Source: Lama glama
Taxonomy: Eukaryota
Assembly: GCA_028534125.1 (NCBI GenBank)
Contig: CM052816.1
Location: 99,140,001 to 99,204,000, forward strand
Direction of reading: 5' to 3'
Length of the DNA stretch: 64,000 bases
Shown: piece by piece, positions 48,738 through 60,654 of the stretch
Position numbering within the stretch: the first letter of the stretch is position 1
Layout: each line of letters starts with the position of its first letter
The notes under the pieces: generated by a model
Seen by the model: the letters and a program-made list of their open reading frames with translations, nothing else
Databases searched by the model: none
What the model was told of the DNA's origin: nothing
Made by a program: the position numbers and the translations under genes

Positions 48738-49439
48738 AGCGTCCAGAGGCTGGGAGGCCGAGGGACTGGGCACGAGGCCACCTGGCCTTCGGCCTCGCAG
48801 TTAGTGGGATTTTTCTGGTGTGAAACACTACACCGCAGATGACTAGTGACTGGTCAAAACCCTTCGCCGGCAGCTCTTGGCTCCCGGTGTTTCTGGTGCA
48901 CAGTGGGCCGGCCGTGGGCACCGTGAGAATCACTGGGCCATGAGGGGATGAAGCCATTCAACGTTCTGCCTCCGTCTGCCAGGGTTTGGGCACGGAGATC
49001 CCTTGTAGATTAAAAAAAAAGATTTCAGCCTGGAAGTTTATTGTCTTCACAGGCATATAAACAATGCGTTGCACCTGTCTTGCAGAGCCAGGAACAATGT
49101 GTGCTGAGTGAGCAGTCAAAAAATGCTGATTTAATTACATTTTCTATCAAGGTACATTCAGGGGAGGCGGTGTTAATAAATTCATATCGTTTACAAGGCT
49201 GTTTCTTTGTTAGTACTGCATGGATCCTAAAAAACTTGCTTCTGTTTTAGTGTGGTAAATGACTATTGCATTGAGTGTGCGTGTGTGCAGATGTGTGTGC
49301 GCCCAGGGAAGAGAAAAGGAGAGGAATATATCAGTGGAGAGAACATGTTTTAACTTAGAGCAATACTTCTGTCTTGTATGTAGAAGCTGATGCTCCTTAA
49401 ACGTGCACATAAAGACATTAGGCCACTAGAATGTATCCC

Positions 49440-49565
49440 TTTGGGGGGGGCAGTTTGGTTTATTTATTTATGTATTTATTTATTTTAATTTTTTAAGGGA
49501 AGTATTGAACCCAGGACCTTGTGCATGCTAAGCATGCACTCTACCACTGAGCTATGCCCTCCCCC
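49440..49565 (-). mobile_element. Camelid tRNA-derived SINE (Vic-1-like)
   Basis: attgaacccaggaccttgtgcatgctaagcatgcactctaccactgagctatgccctccccc preceded by (TTTA)n. Confidence 0.9.
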
Positions 49566-52184
49566 TAAAATACATGTTTTTATTCAAGGCCATGACGGGC
49601 TTGCCCAGGGGAACAAAGTGGCAGTTCTGGGACTGTGTCCCTGTTATAATATGCAATATTCGTATAATGTGTAATACACGTTGTGCCTCTGTTACGTGTA
49701 TTGCGCTAACTTTGGCCAGCTGTCTCCTCCCCTGGGTAAGCGCTGGGCAAGGGGGCCCTTCTCAGACCCACGGCTCCCAGGCAGACCACAGTGAGTCCTC
49801 AATACTGTTAAAGAAGTTATGGGTGAATGAATGGATACCCCACTGTACCAGGAAAATGACTCAAAGTAAAAGGTAACCACATAGAGGTGGGCTGGTGGCG
49901 TGACACATCAAGGGCGAAGGATTTCAAATGCGAAGTTTGGTTTTAACTAGTAATGGTCACCACTTTGCATCACTTTTCCTGAGGAAACATGACATGAATA
50001 TCAAAATTACATCACGTGGAATGAATTAGCATAAGATTTCTTTTTATTTTGGGTAAATATGGCACATGAAATTGTAAAAAGGATAATTAAATAAGTTTAT
50101 TTATTTGGGGTCTATGTATGTATGTATATGTGTGTTCTGTTTGTTTAAATAAGCAATATGCAAGGTCCTTTGTGAACACAGGCACCTCCCCACAGATAAA
50201 GCCCCTACGCTTTAATCACACAGGTTGTGTGTCTCAATCCACATCCTTGGGGTTGAAAACCACACCGTGTCTCCATGCCAGCACCTCAGGCTAGACGTGG
50301 AATTACAAGACACTTCGGATCACATGAGTCTCGTTGTTTCCTTAGGAGTAATATCGGGAATTCATGAAGGCACCCAGCACATTAAGATTTGCAGTAACAC
50401 TGCCATTGAGCCAGCCTGCTTCTTCCTGGCCCGGGCTGGCCAGTCCTCCCCCAGGCCCCTCTCTTTTCAACTGGAAGGCAGTGGTGTGAAGAGGAACGTG
50501 GGAAAGTCAAATCACTTGGCAGAAATTTGGGGGGAGGCTGAGTTCGCTGTGATTTTAATATTTTCCCATGCTTTTGCTAATAAGGCATGACAAATGGAGT
50601 CACCTTTCAGACTCCGTGCACTAATAACACCATAAAATACCCGCCTTTAATTGTCACCTCCGGCCAGCCATCAAGCCGGCTAATGACGAGAAACTTGTGA
50701 CAGTCTTCACCTGGGCAGTTTTTATGGGAGGTCTGCGCTGGTTTCTGCCCGGTCTGTACTAACGGGGCTGCTTTAGAACACGGAAACAAAACCCAGTTCC
50801 CGCAGGCACAGAGGCAGGTTGCTGCGACGAATACTTCCCCCTCGGAGGGGCAGAGGGAGCTGTTGGACCACTCCAGAGGGCTGTTTCAGAAAAGGGGTCT
50901 TGGCTAAATTTTGTACCTGGGGTCAGTATTCCCATTACCATTTCTACTAAAAGTTTTTTTTTCCCTCTTACTAGTTTCCTGGGCATCTTTTATACATTTC
51001 TGTTAGAAATTTGGTGCAAGTATACAGAAACAGTTCCCCAGTTAATAATTCAGGATGGTGCAAAGAAACAGTGACTGTCTTCGCAGAATTAAAAGAGAAA
51101 AGAAGAGAAAACACAGTATCAAATGGGGAGAAACAGTTTGGTCCAACCACTAATAATGCCATTGTCTAGATGTATGAAGCCCCCACTGAGCATATGCTTG
51201 AACTTCCGAACGGAATTCAACACTGTCAGATGCAGAGATAATTCCAATAACAGGTTAGGAGCTCCCGAATGTAAAATATCGGATCTTCCTTCAGAATCAG
51301 AATCCCATGAAAAATTGTACACAGTTTGCATATCCCTCTTTGCTCCCAGATTCTTGAGACAATAAACTCTTTGCCTATCTAAGTTCAGTAGAAATTTAAC
51401 GCTAATGATTACCCTTTTTCTTTATTAACATTTAATAAACGAGGAAGTGAATGCACTCAGGAGACTTCAGAGGGGAACACAAAACCCTCAAACACACGTG
51501 AAGACCTGCGCATCTTTGACCATTTAGGCAGTGGCTCTTAGAAGCCATGTCGCCATCCAACCAGACACGGTCTCTCTCACCACAGCATCATCAGGGCTGC
51601 GTCTTCTCAGCTTGTGGGGTGTGGACCCAAGGAGCGTCAGTCACGATGAGCAGTGGGTTAGTGATTTGCGTGAAGAAAATATGTGTAGAGCAAACAGAAA
51701 TAGCCACGGTCAGCTCTCACCTGCTGATGCTCCCCCATGCTAATCTTCACACGCACAAAAATGTAAACATCGGAAGCTAAATTTAAACCCACGGGTGGAA
51801 GATTCCAAACTGGCCCGTTGCCGGTGCAGAGGCCGTCCTGCGCTGCGGGGCTGAGTCTGTGAGATTTCCCTCGCGCGCTCTGATGAACAGTTGTGGCCTT
51901 TTCTGAGGTGCACGAATTATTTTAGGTCACTAGGACTCCCACTGGGTACACTGTGGTGGTTATTAAAATTCCCTCTTGGGAAGTGACTTAAATCTGGTCT
52001 TTAAAAATAGGATGGATGGTGATAATTACAGTGTTAAGATACGTGAAAGTGGAAAACAGTTACTTTCTGGGACAAAGGACATTTTAAAACCACACAGCTT
52101 ATCTACAGATTCCTAGATTTTCAGTTTTTCAATTAATATGTGAAAATTGTATTAATTATTTTCAAAAATTAAAACAAGATTTTT

Positions 52185-52307
52185 TAAAATTTATTTTTAT
52201 TAATACTGTTTACATTTTTATTGAGTTACAGTCATTTTACAATGTTGTCTAATTCCAGTGTAGAGCAGAATTTTTTGGTTATACATGAACTTGCATATAC
52301 TCATTGC
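52185..52307 (-). mobile_element. Young L1 3' tip, antisense
   Basis: catttttattgagttacagtcattttacaatgttgtc...ttccagtgtagagca is the reverse complement of the L1 end at about 10270-10360. Confidence 0.85.
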
Positions 52308-55300
52308 TTTGATTCAGAAACAAAAACAATTCTCCTATGAGCACCTGTTTCTTCTGGGGCGACTACGAAAACATCATAGTATCTGAAGGAAGGGGGTGGG
52401 TAATTTTAAGCTACTTTCACATTTTGAAACAAGAGAAAAGCACAGTATGTTCCTTTTCCAGAGTTATTTAGTTAATGCACTTTGTGTTATTTTATGCTAC
52501 TTTATAGCCAAGTCTGAAGTTGACCACAGAGAGTATGGAGGTGTGAGTTTATGAGGGATGTATTAGGTGCTGTTTACTTTTCTAAACTCAAGAAAGTTAA
52601 AGGCAAAAAATAGACTATATTTGGACACAAGTTATTTCAGTTTTCAGTAGAAATGTGCTTTTTCTGCCCTCCATTCACAGGAAGCGCCCTTGTGAAGGTG
52701 ATTTCTTCCATCTCCTGGGAAGTGGGAGATTGCCCTTACGCTGCGTGTGCACCGTTGCCTCCTTAGGGTTAAATCAGTTCAGTCTGAACGCGTTTCTGGC
52801 CCTGAAACCATCCTTCATTTATCAAAGGCTGAGGCTTAAACGCTGAATGCTTGATGACAAATGCAATTTCATCATATTAGTTCAGTCAATTTTAGTCACA
52901 TTTAAGATCAGAAGTAAACACAGGACTGCTTTTAACTCTGCAGAGACGTGTTAACCGAAGGTGTCAGCGGCTGAAATGAAAATAACCCGACGCGATGACT
53001 TTGTAATAAACGTGCTGAATCATAGCCTCACGTGGTGACAGTTCCACTTGCAGATGAAACTGAAACAACAGGAAGCCGGCGTCTTTCGTGCCCCGTCCGC
53101 GACCTGAACTACCGGGCACGCCCCTGGCAGGTAGCTCGTGGCGGCGGCGGAGGCGACGGTGCCGGTGCCGGTGACGGCAGGGCTGCCCAGCGGACGGACC
53201 TCCTCGCTAGGATTTGTCTCCAAAGCTGCCTTAAAGGGTCCGCCGCGGATGCCGTTCTGCTGCGCGGGAGCAGGGCACTTCTTCCTCTAAATGCAGAGAA
53301 CGTGTACGGAGCGGGGACACTGTGGGTGACGCCTCTGCTTAGGAGCAGATTTCACTTTTAATTGCTTATTAGATTTTCCAGAGAGAATGCAAAGAGCACT
53401 GTTTGCCACGCTTACATAAAACTGGTCGCTCCTTCTGCCCGAGGATAAATTGTGCCATAGAGAAATGAAGGAGTTCACAGGTCATTATCTTTGTTAACTT
53501 CAGAGAGTGAAGTTTGTAAGACTGTATTGGGTGGTGGCCTAAACTACACAGCAGATTCCGCCATTTCCTTCAGAGGACACGGGAGACAGTCCTGAAGATG
53601 TAAAGGGCGTGGTAGAAACGGTCCCGATACCAGAGACGACACTTGCCTCTTTCCTTTCTACGTGGCGGTGAGGGGTTTGCGAGCGAAGCTGGTCATTGTT
53701 CCCCAGCTGGACTGCGGGATGAGGGGGTCCGCGCTCTGCGTGCGTCTCCGCGTCTGCGCGCCTGCGTCTGCGCGCGCTGCACACCGGAGTGCGTCCGTGT
53801 CCCGTTCTTCGTGTGGAAACTTCGGGACTTCTGTGCAGTGTGCAATTCACTCGCCCGGCTAGCAGTAATGGGGGGTGACTCTGTAGTGGAGTTTCTTCTT
53901 ATTCAGATTTGTTCATTTGAAACTGAAAGTGTGATAAAAGGCCAATTAGAATTGTATTGCTTTGTACACAATGGCCATGAATTCCTATTATAAGGACAGA
54001 TAGTTGAAAGGTCATAAACCATCTTAGTCTTCTGGTACCTTCTACAAATGCAAAGTGCTTTGAAATTTCTACCAGATTTTGTGTGCCTGTGCTGTGTGTG
54101 TGTGTGACTAAATTTTTCTCAGTTTTAAAGTAGTTCTTTGACTTATTTTTTCCCTCCTGCAGCAGGTAGAAATTGTGTTGCAAAGTGCACAGACTGAAAT
54201 AAATCCGACATGCGGGAAGACACTCTAATGAGACACTAATGAGGGCCCAGGGTCCAAAGAAAGAATGTCACCTGGAAACTGTGATGGGGCAGAGAGCTAA
54301 TGAGAAATCAGGGCGGTACACAGTCCCCATGGTCAGTCCCTCTACACCAGCCCCACCCTCTGTCCCTCCCCTCGTTCATTCCCACAGGGCTGCTTTGGGG
54401 AAGGAAGAAAAGAGGTGCCCCGTGGACCTGCTGTGTACTTTGGGGGTGCCCACTCCAGGCTGGAGCCGGCTCTCCCTGGGCTAAAGCAGCCTCCCCCGCC
54501 CTGAAAAGAGCAGCGCAGGAGACAGACAGGAAGGCTAACGGACAGCCTTCCTTCCCACTGGACACGGTGCAGGCATTTTGCAAGTTAGCATATCAAACTT
54601 TTGTGGATCTCAACGGGAACACTAAGGTCCTTATTCTCTTTTCCTTAAAACTAGTGCAGACAGTTTAGCTTTCAAAAACCGCACTATAGACTTGCCTGTT
54701 GGGTAAAATGGAATTCCGCAGTGGATCTGAAGGACCTACCAGCACTGAACATCTGCCTTTGTTTTTATTTATTTTAGTAGATCATTTAAATCCATATTTA
54801 ATTTCGCCTCTTGAAAATAAAGCGCTGTTTTAAGCAGCCATGAAGACAACAGCATCTCATTCTGCGACCTGTCTGTCCTCATTCCAAGCTCGACTGTTCA
54901 TTTGAAAGTAATGACCCCTTTATTTAAAGGATTACATCGCATCAGTTGGTAACTTGAAAGATTATACCGTTGGGGGAAGGAAACGTGAAATCCGAAGCAC
55001 GTACGGAAAATGCATTCCTTCTCTTGTTTCTTTTTTTTTACTGTTTCCTTCGAGTGTCGCCAGCATGACGCTGTGTCAAGGAACATATGCTTCTGGTAGT
55101 TAAAACAAGATTGTGCTTGGTGACACCGGTCAGCCTGGCTACTGCTAGCATTCGAGTCCTCCTGAGCGGCTGCCCCCTTCCAGCGAGCACAGACAGGGGA
55201 GGGCCTGTCAGCCCGGCTTCCGCGGGCCCCTCCTTCCGTCATGCCCGGTGGAGGAGGCTCCGGTCCTGCCCATTGTTCCCCTGACAAATGGTGAATGTCC

Positions 55301-58079
55301 TCCATTTGCAGTGTGTGACCTTGACTAATTGTGTACAATCGGTGCAGCTGTCCCCTGCTTTACCAAGTGCTGTAACCCCGGAGCAGACGAGCAACTTCTC
55401 GCCGCCGCCGTGGGACCTGGATGTGAGGACTTCATCACCAGGGACAATGCCTGCTCTTTGTGCGGACTTTCAGTTCTGCTGGCCACGCCCTCTGTCACCA
55501 GATGTTGACAAATAATTTATATTCATACTGTGCTTTGCCCCTCCATTTTTAAACCAACGATTTAAAAACAGGTTGGAAAAGTTTCCTGAATGTAAACTCT
55601 CCAAATAACCTCACTAACGAGTGAAAGAAAGCAAAAATCACGAACAGAGAAAATACTCAGAAACGCACTGGACAGTCTTTGTGTTGGTCCTTCTGGCCAC
55701 ATGTTATGACTCACTGTGGGTACGGGCGTAAGTGACTTTTAAACAGGTATTTTTAACCGATGAGCACAGATGTAGGTAGTGGTTGCGATTAATGCCGTCT
55801 ACGGGTTCTATGAAAACAGAGCCAAATGCCACATGCTTATTTATTTCATTACATAAAAGGGAAGGCAAAGTATATTTTTTCGAGTTAAAATAGAATAAAT
55901 CCTCTAATTCTGAAAGTGTACTTCTAACCGAAAGGTCACTTGGGGGATATTTCATTGCATCATATGTTTTCTTTTACATTGTTATCTCCTGAGTTTTTCT
56001 CTACATTGAGCATATTAGTTTTGAAACAAGGTATTTTTAGAGATAAAAGAAGCTTTAATTTTTTTTCTTGTAAAAAGAAACTAATAGGGAAAGTTGGTGT
56101 CTAAAAAATGTGAAATTTGAACAATTAAAAATTGCAGTATCAAAGATGATAGAGTATAAAACTAGACAACGATCTAATTCAGTATTTTAAACCTTAATGG
56201 CACAGCTTATTGTAACATAAAGCCGCGTGTTGGGAGGTGACTCTCTGTACAGCCCCCTCGTGCAGGGCTGAGAAGGACCCTATATCATGATCCTAATCAA
56301 GACACCACTTCCAGACCACTTTGTATTTTGAAGGACTTGCACCTCTGCAGAAAGCACAGATGGTTACATTTGTATTTGCATATTTATATATTCCGGTGGA
56401 GCTGTAGGTATTTGGGATGGAAACTGTTATGTTCTCTGCAGCCCTGGAAGGCACCTGAGCCAAAAGTGAGCTTCCCTGCAGATGCAGGAGATGCAGTTTT
56501 AATCCTTCTGCTTGTCTCTGGAAGAACATAGAAGGGACATTTTCTTCTAGAATAAAGACATTTAAGAAAGAAAGACATTTTAAAATGAATTTTGTAAAAA
56601 GAAATTGCATCCTTAATTTCCAATAAGACTGAAACACCATAAGAAGTCTGGATTTCTGGAAAAAAAAGTGGGAACCAAACTTTTCATTTCTTATGTTTTT
56701 CTGTATTATTGATGCTAATTGGTTGGTTTCATATTCCATAGACCCATAGAGCAAATGCCTTCACAGTACATACATATAATACATATATATTATATGGTAT
56801 ATGTAATACATATGATTTGTATATTATATTTAAAAGATTGTCACTGCCAAAAAATAAGAAGGCTGTGTGGGGAGAGAACCACACAGCTTTGTTGAAAGAA
56901 TAAGGTGTTTTGAAGACTTCTATCCCCCAATCACACCAACTTTGAACAATAATTGCAAATTAAATATACTAAAAACTCTGCCAAACCTTTGAAAACTAGC
57001 ATATTCATGGAAATACTAATCTACACCTCTGCCCTCACAAGGGAGACTGTGTCATACTATGTACCTTGATGGATTAGAAGCCTTTGCTTAGGCTCTGGCA
57101 TTTTCTTCTGTGTTTTTAAAATATGAAAAACATTTTTTTTCTTGGTATTCAGGATGGAAGCGCCCCATTTCATATTATATTGGCACAATATTCCAATCGT
57201 TTTACATATCTTTCAGCAAGATTTTGTTTAATTTTGTTGAATCTTGAGCTCTTTACAGCACAGGGACATCGTGGGCACTGGTTTTATACCTGGCAATGTT
57301 CATAGAGTCCCACGTCACCTTCTCCCTCCTCGGAACCACATTTGATTACAAACCATGCCTGTGCTGACGTCATCAAAGAGGAGTGATGGAAGTTTCCACT
57401 TAGCTGTCTGTATGTGCACTGGTACTTCTCCATAGTTTGAGGGGAATTGGTTATTTTGTACATCTCGGCAGCGGCCCTGATGTCTTCTGAGAATAGCGCT
57501 GTGATGTGCTGTGATGTCTTCCTTTAACGTGAAGTGAAGGCAGAGATCGTCCTGAGGGCTGGTCACAACAGAACGTGCTAATATCTCAGATCACGTGCAT
57601 ATAATCTGGGTCGGGGGGTGGGTTCTATGAAGGTTTTCTTTAGGATCAGCCAGAGTTCTGCATAGTTCGTACCTAAAAGTAGTTGTACCTTTAAACATTC
57701 AGTATTTTTTTCTTAAGTCATAATCTGACATGACTTACATTCGCCTAAGGAACTGAATTCCCATTTCAGGTAAACGTAGCATTGGAAATGCTATATCTCT
57801 TCTGAGGCTTTGTGAAACTGTAGTTAAACATTTATAAGGATTCTCAGCTTACTCAGCTCTTTCTCTACAAATAACCTGAAACAACGGGAAGGCAAAAACG
57901 GAGAAAACACTTGACTTGTGGGTCAAAACTCCTTTTTTTGATATTTGTCCACAACTTGAAGCCACTGCTGAACTTGAGCTATGAACCATATCCAGCTGTA
58001 TATTTAAAATGGAGCCAACATTCCCAAGAAATTTATAATCCAAAATGTTCAACTTGTAGCTGGTAGATTATTTTACATG

Positions 58080-58460
58080 TGATGATTACACTGTGCGATT
58101 CTTGCTTGACATTTTCCACAATGGACAAAATGGAAGAATCCAGAAAGAGAAATTACAGCTGATGGGCTGGTGGAGCTGGGAGGGTCCCAGAAGCATGCAG
58201 GGGCTAAGGGGGGAGGGGTGGTGAGAACCAGTCAGCAGGAGAATTTGAAAGACCCATTGAAAAGACTGTTCTAGTGTATGGCAGATTCAGTAGGTACAAA
58301 GACATATGAAATCCATTTCCAGTTTAAATGGAAGAAAAAAATTGCTAGCTTGTTCAGTTGAATGGCATTGTGAGCATTCATTTTTAAAATCTAGAACTTC
58401 CTCAGCCTGGAAGAAGATGTTCTAAGAGGCTGTGTTTCGGTTAGAGCCCCACAGCAGGTT
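58080..58460 (+). mobile_element. L3/CR1 LINE 3' fragment
   Basis: tacactgtgcgattctt...ggacaaaatggaagaatccagaaagaga...ggaagaaaaaaattgct...cctggaagaagatgttctaagaggctg resembles the decayed CR1 ORF2 end and 3' UTR. Confidence 0.5.
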
Positions 58461-60154
58461 GCTAGCAGTTTGCAGAACACCTTCTTCTGCAGGAACTGAT
58501 GAGGCAGGTAGACGCTGTCTGCTGAGAGAGGGGCCTCCCTGTGGAGAGGGGCTGGGTCAGCCGGTCATCCCAGGTGTGCCTGAGACACCCTTGGACTTCA
58601 GCCGGAACAGACTTTTCCCCATTTCATGTTACTCCGCACCCCACACGGATTTTCTGCAGGTACGTCTAAAACTCCATTGACTGTTTTTCCTTCCTTGTCT
58701 CCACGAATCCAAGACCTTTGATGGAAGGTTGCATATACCTCTTTCTCTAGTTTGTGGCCCAGCGTTTGGCACCAGTGACAACAAACATAAGTATCATTAG
58801 GTGTCCAGCAAATACATGTCGGCCAAAAGGATAAACTAAATACGGAAGAGTGTGTTTGTATTTCTGAGTGAGTGTTCTTCAGGCCCTGCTCAGTGCTAGT
58901 CACAGATATTGCTAAACTGTTCCCTGCTTGAACCGCAGATCAGCACATTGGATGGTTACCTTCAATTTTTGATTTCACGCAGGTACACTTGAAGTTCTAG
59001 AGTTAAGTTCCTGACATGTTTTTCATAGAAAAAAAAAATACAACCGCTATCAGTGTCATCCAGTTTTCAGAACTGTGCCTGAGAAACAAAATATAAAATA
59101 AGCCGTAAGCACCAGCAGAGCGTGGTGTGTTCATTTGTGAAATGGAAGTGATAGTGACTGCCTGCTAGGGTTGTTCGGGGCATTAAATATTTGATGACTG
59201 CTTAGTGTAATACACAAGGGAATTGTTTAGAGAAAAAGAAAAAGAAAACCTCCAAACTGTTCAAGGGTAAATCTCGCTCTCAGCCTTTGTGGGTCTGTTG
59301 GCTGTGGAGCAAAGGGGGCTGTCGCCAAGCCGCCCCCTTCTCCCGGGCCTCTGTGACTCACCTCTGAGGGCGTCAAAGCCTGGATGCCCTGGAAAGGTGA
59401 CAGCATGGCCAGAAGTGGTTCCTACAGAACTCCCCTCCTCAAGGCCTCCACCTCGCTGCTCCAACTCCTGTAGCTCCCGCTCCCCCTCCCCCTCCCCGAA
59501 TTCAAGCCTCCCTGCCTGGCGCTGTTATTTGGGAACCAAAATTGCCCTTAAGCCAGAAAAGCAAGTGTCACATGCACCCTGCCCACCACTCAAGTCACAG
59601 ACAGCCTCTCTGCTGCCTCCGGAGGACACGTGTCCTGAGCCCCGGGGAAAGCAGGCCGTCTCGCTGCTGCCCGCACGCTGCCCTCGGCCCGGCTCCCGGC
59701 GATGCCGAGGCCCCGCAAGGCCAAGAGCCCTTCGGCCCCAGACGCCGCTCCCTCTGGAGCAGTGGGGCTGCCGCTTTTGTGCCCGCAAGCAGGACGGTGA
59801 AAGACGTGTCCCCCGAGTTTACTGGGAAACTCAGTTTCATTGTTTTCTGTAATTGAAGGTGATAAAAAATAAGACCCTAAATGCAGCAGCACAGGTCAGA
59901 GGTAACTGGGGGTGCTGGCTTGAGGCCCTGTGTCTTTCTTCTCAGTCACCGTGTGGAACCCAGGATGGTTAAATGAATGAATCAGTCAATCCGTTCTGTA
60001 TATTTATTTGCAAAAGCATCTCTATTGAAGTGTCACTGGAAAGAGCCTTTTCTCAGGCACTGAGGACCCCAAGATAGAGAAATACACAAGCCCTTTGAGG
60101 CAATTCATCTCCTGTGACCACTCCAAGTGACCCTCCTCCAGACATGTAACTAAG

Positions 60155-60654
60155 NNNNNNNNNNNNNNNNNNNNNNNNNNNNNNNNNNNNNNNNNNNNNN
60201 NNNNNNNNNNNNNNNNNNNNNNNNNNNNNNNNNNNNNNNNNNNNNNNNNNNNNNNNNNNNNNNNNNNNNNNNNNNNNNNNNNNNNNNNNNNNNNNNNNNN
60301 NNNNNNNNNNNNNNNNNNNNNNNNNNNNNNNNNNNNNNNNNNNNNNNNNNNNNNNNNNNNNNNNNNNNNNNNNNNNNNNNNNNNNNNNNNNNNNNNNNNN
60401 NNNNNNNNNNNNNNNNNNNNNNNNNNNNNNNNNNNNNNNNNNNNNNNNNNNNNNNNNNNNNNNNNNNNNNNNNNNNNNNNNNNNNNNNNNNNNNNNNNNN
60501 NNNNNNNNNNNNNNNNNNNNNNNNNNNNNNNNNNNNNNNNNNNNNNNNNNNNNNNNNNNNNNNNNNNNNNNNNNNNNNNNNNNNNNNNNNNNNNNNNNNN
60601 NNNNNNNNNNNNNNNNNNNNNNNNNNNNNNNNNNNNNNNNNNNNNNNNNNNNNN
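60155..60654. other. Assembly gap (500 N)
   Basis: Run of exactly 500 N. Confidence 1.

Noticed and set aside
59289..59892. Pro/Arg-rich 187-aa ORF and overlapping ORFs
   Set aside because: GC-rich compositional ORFs without homology.
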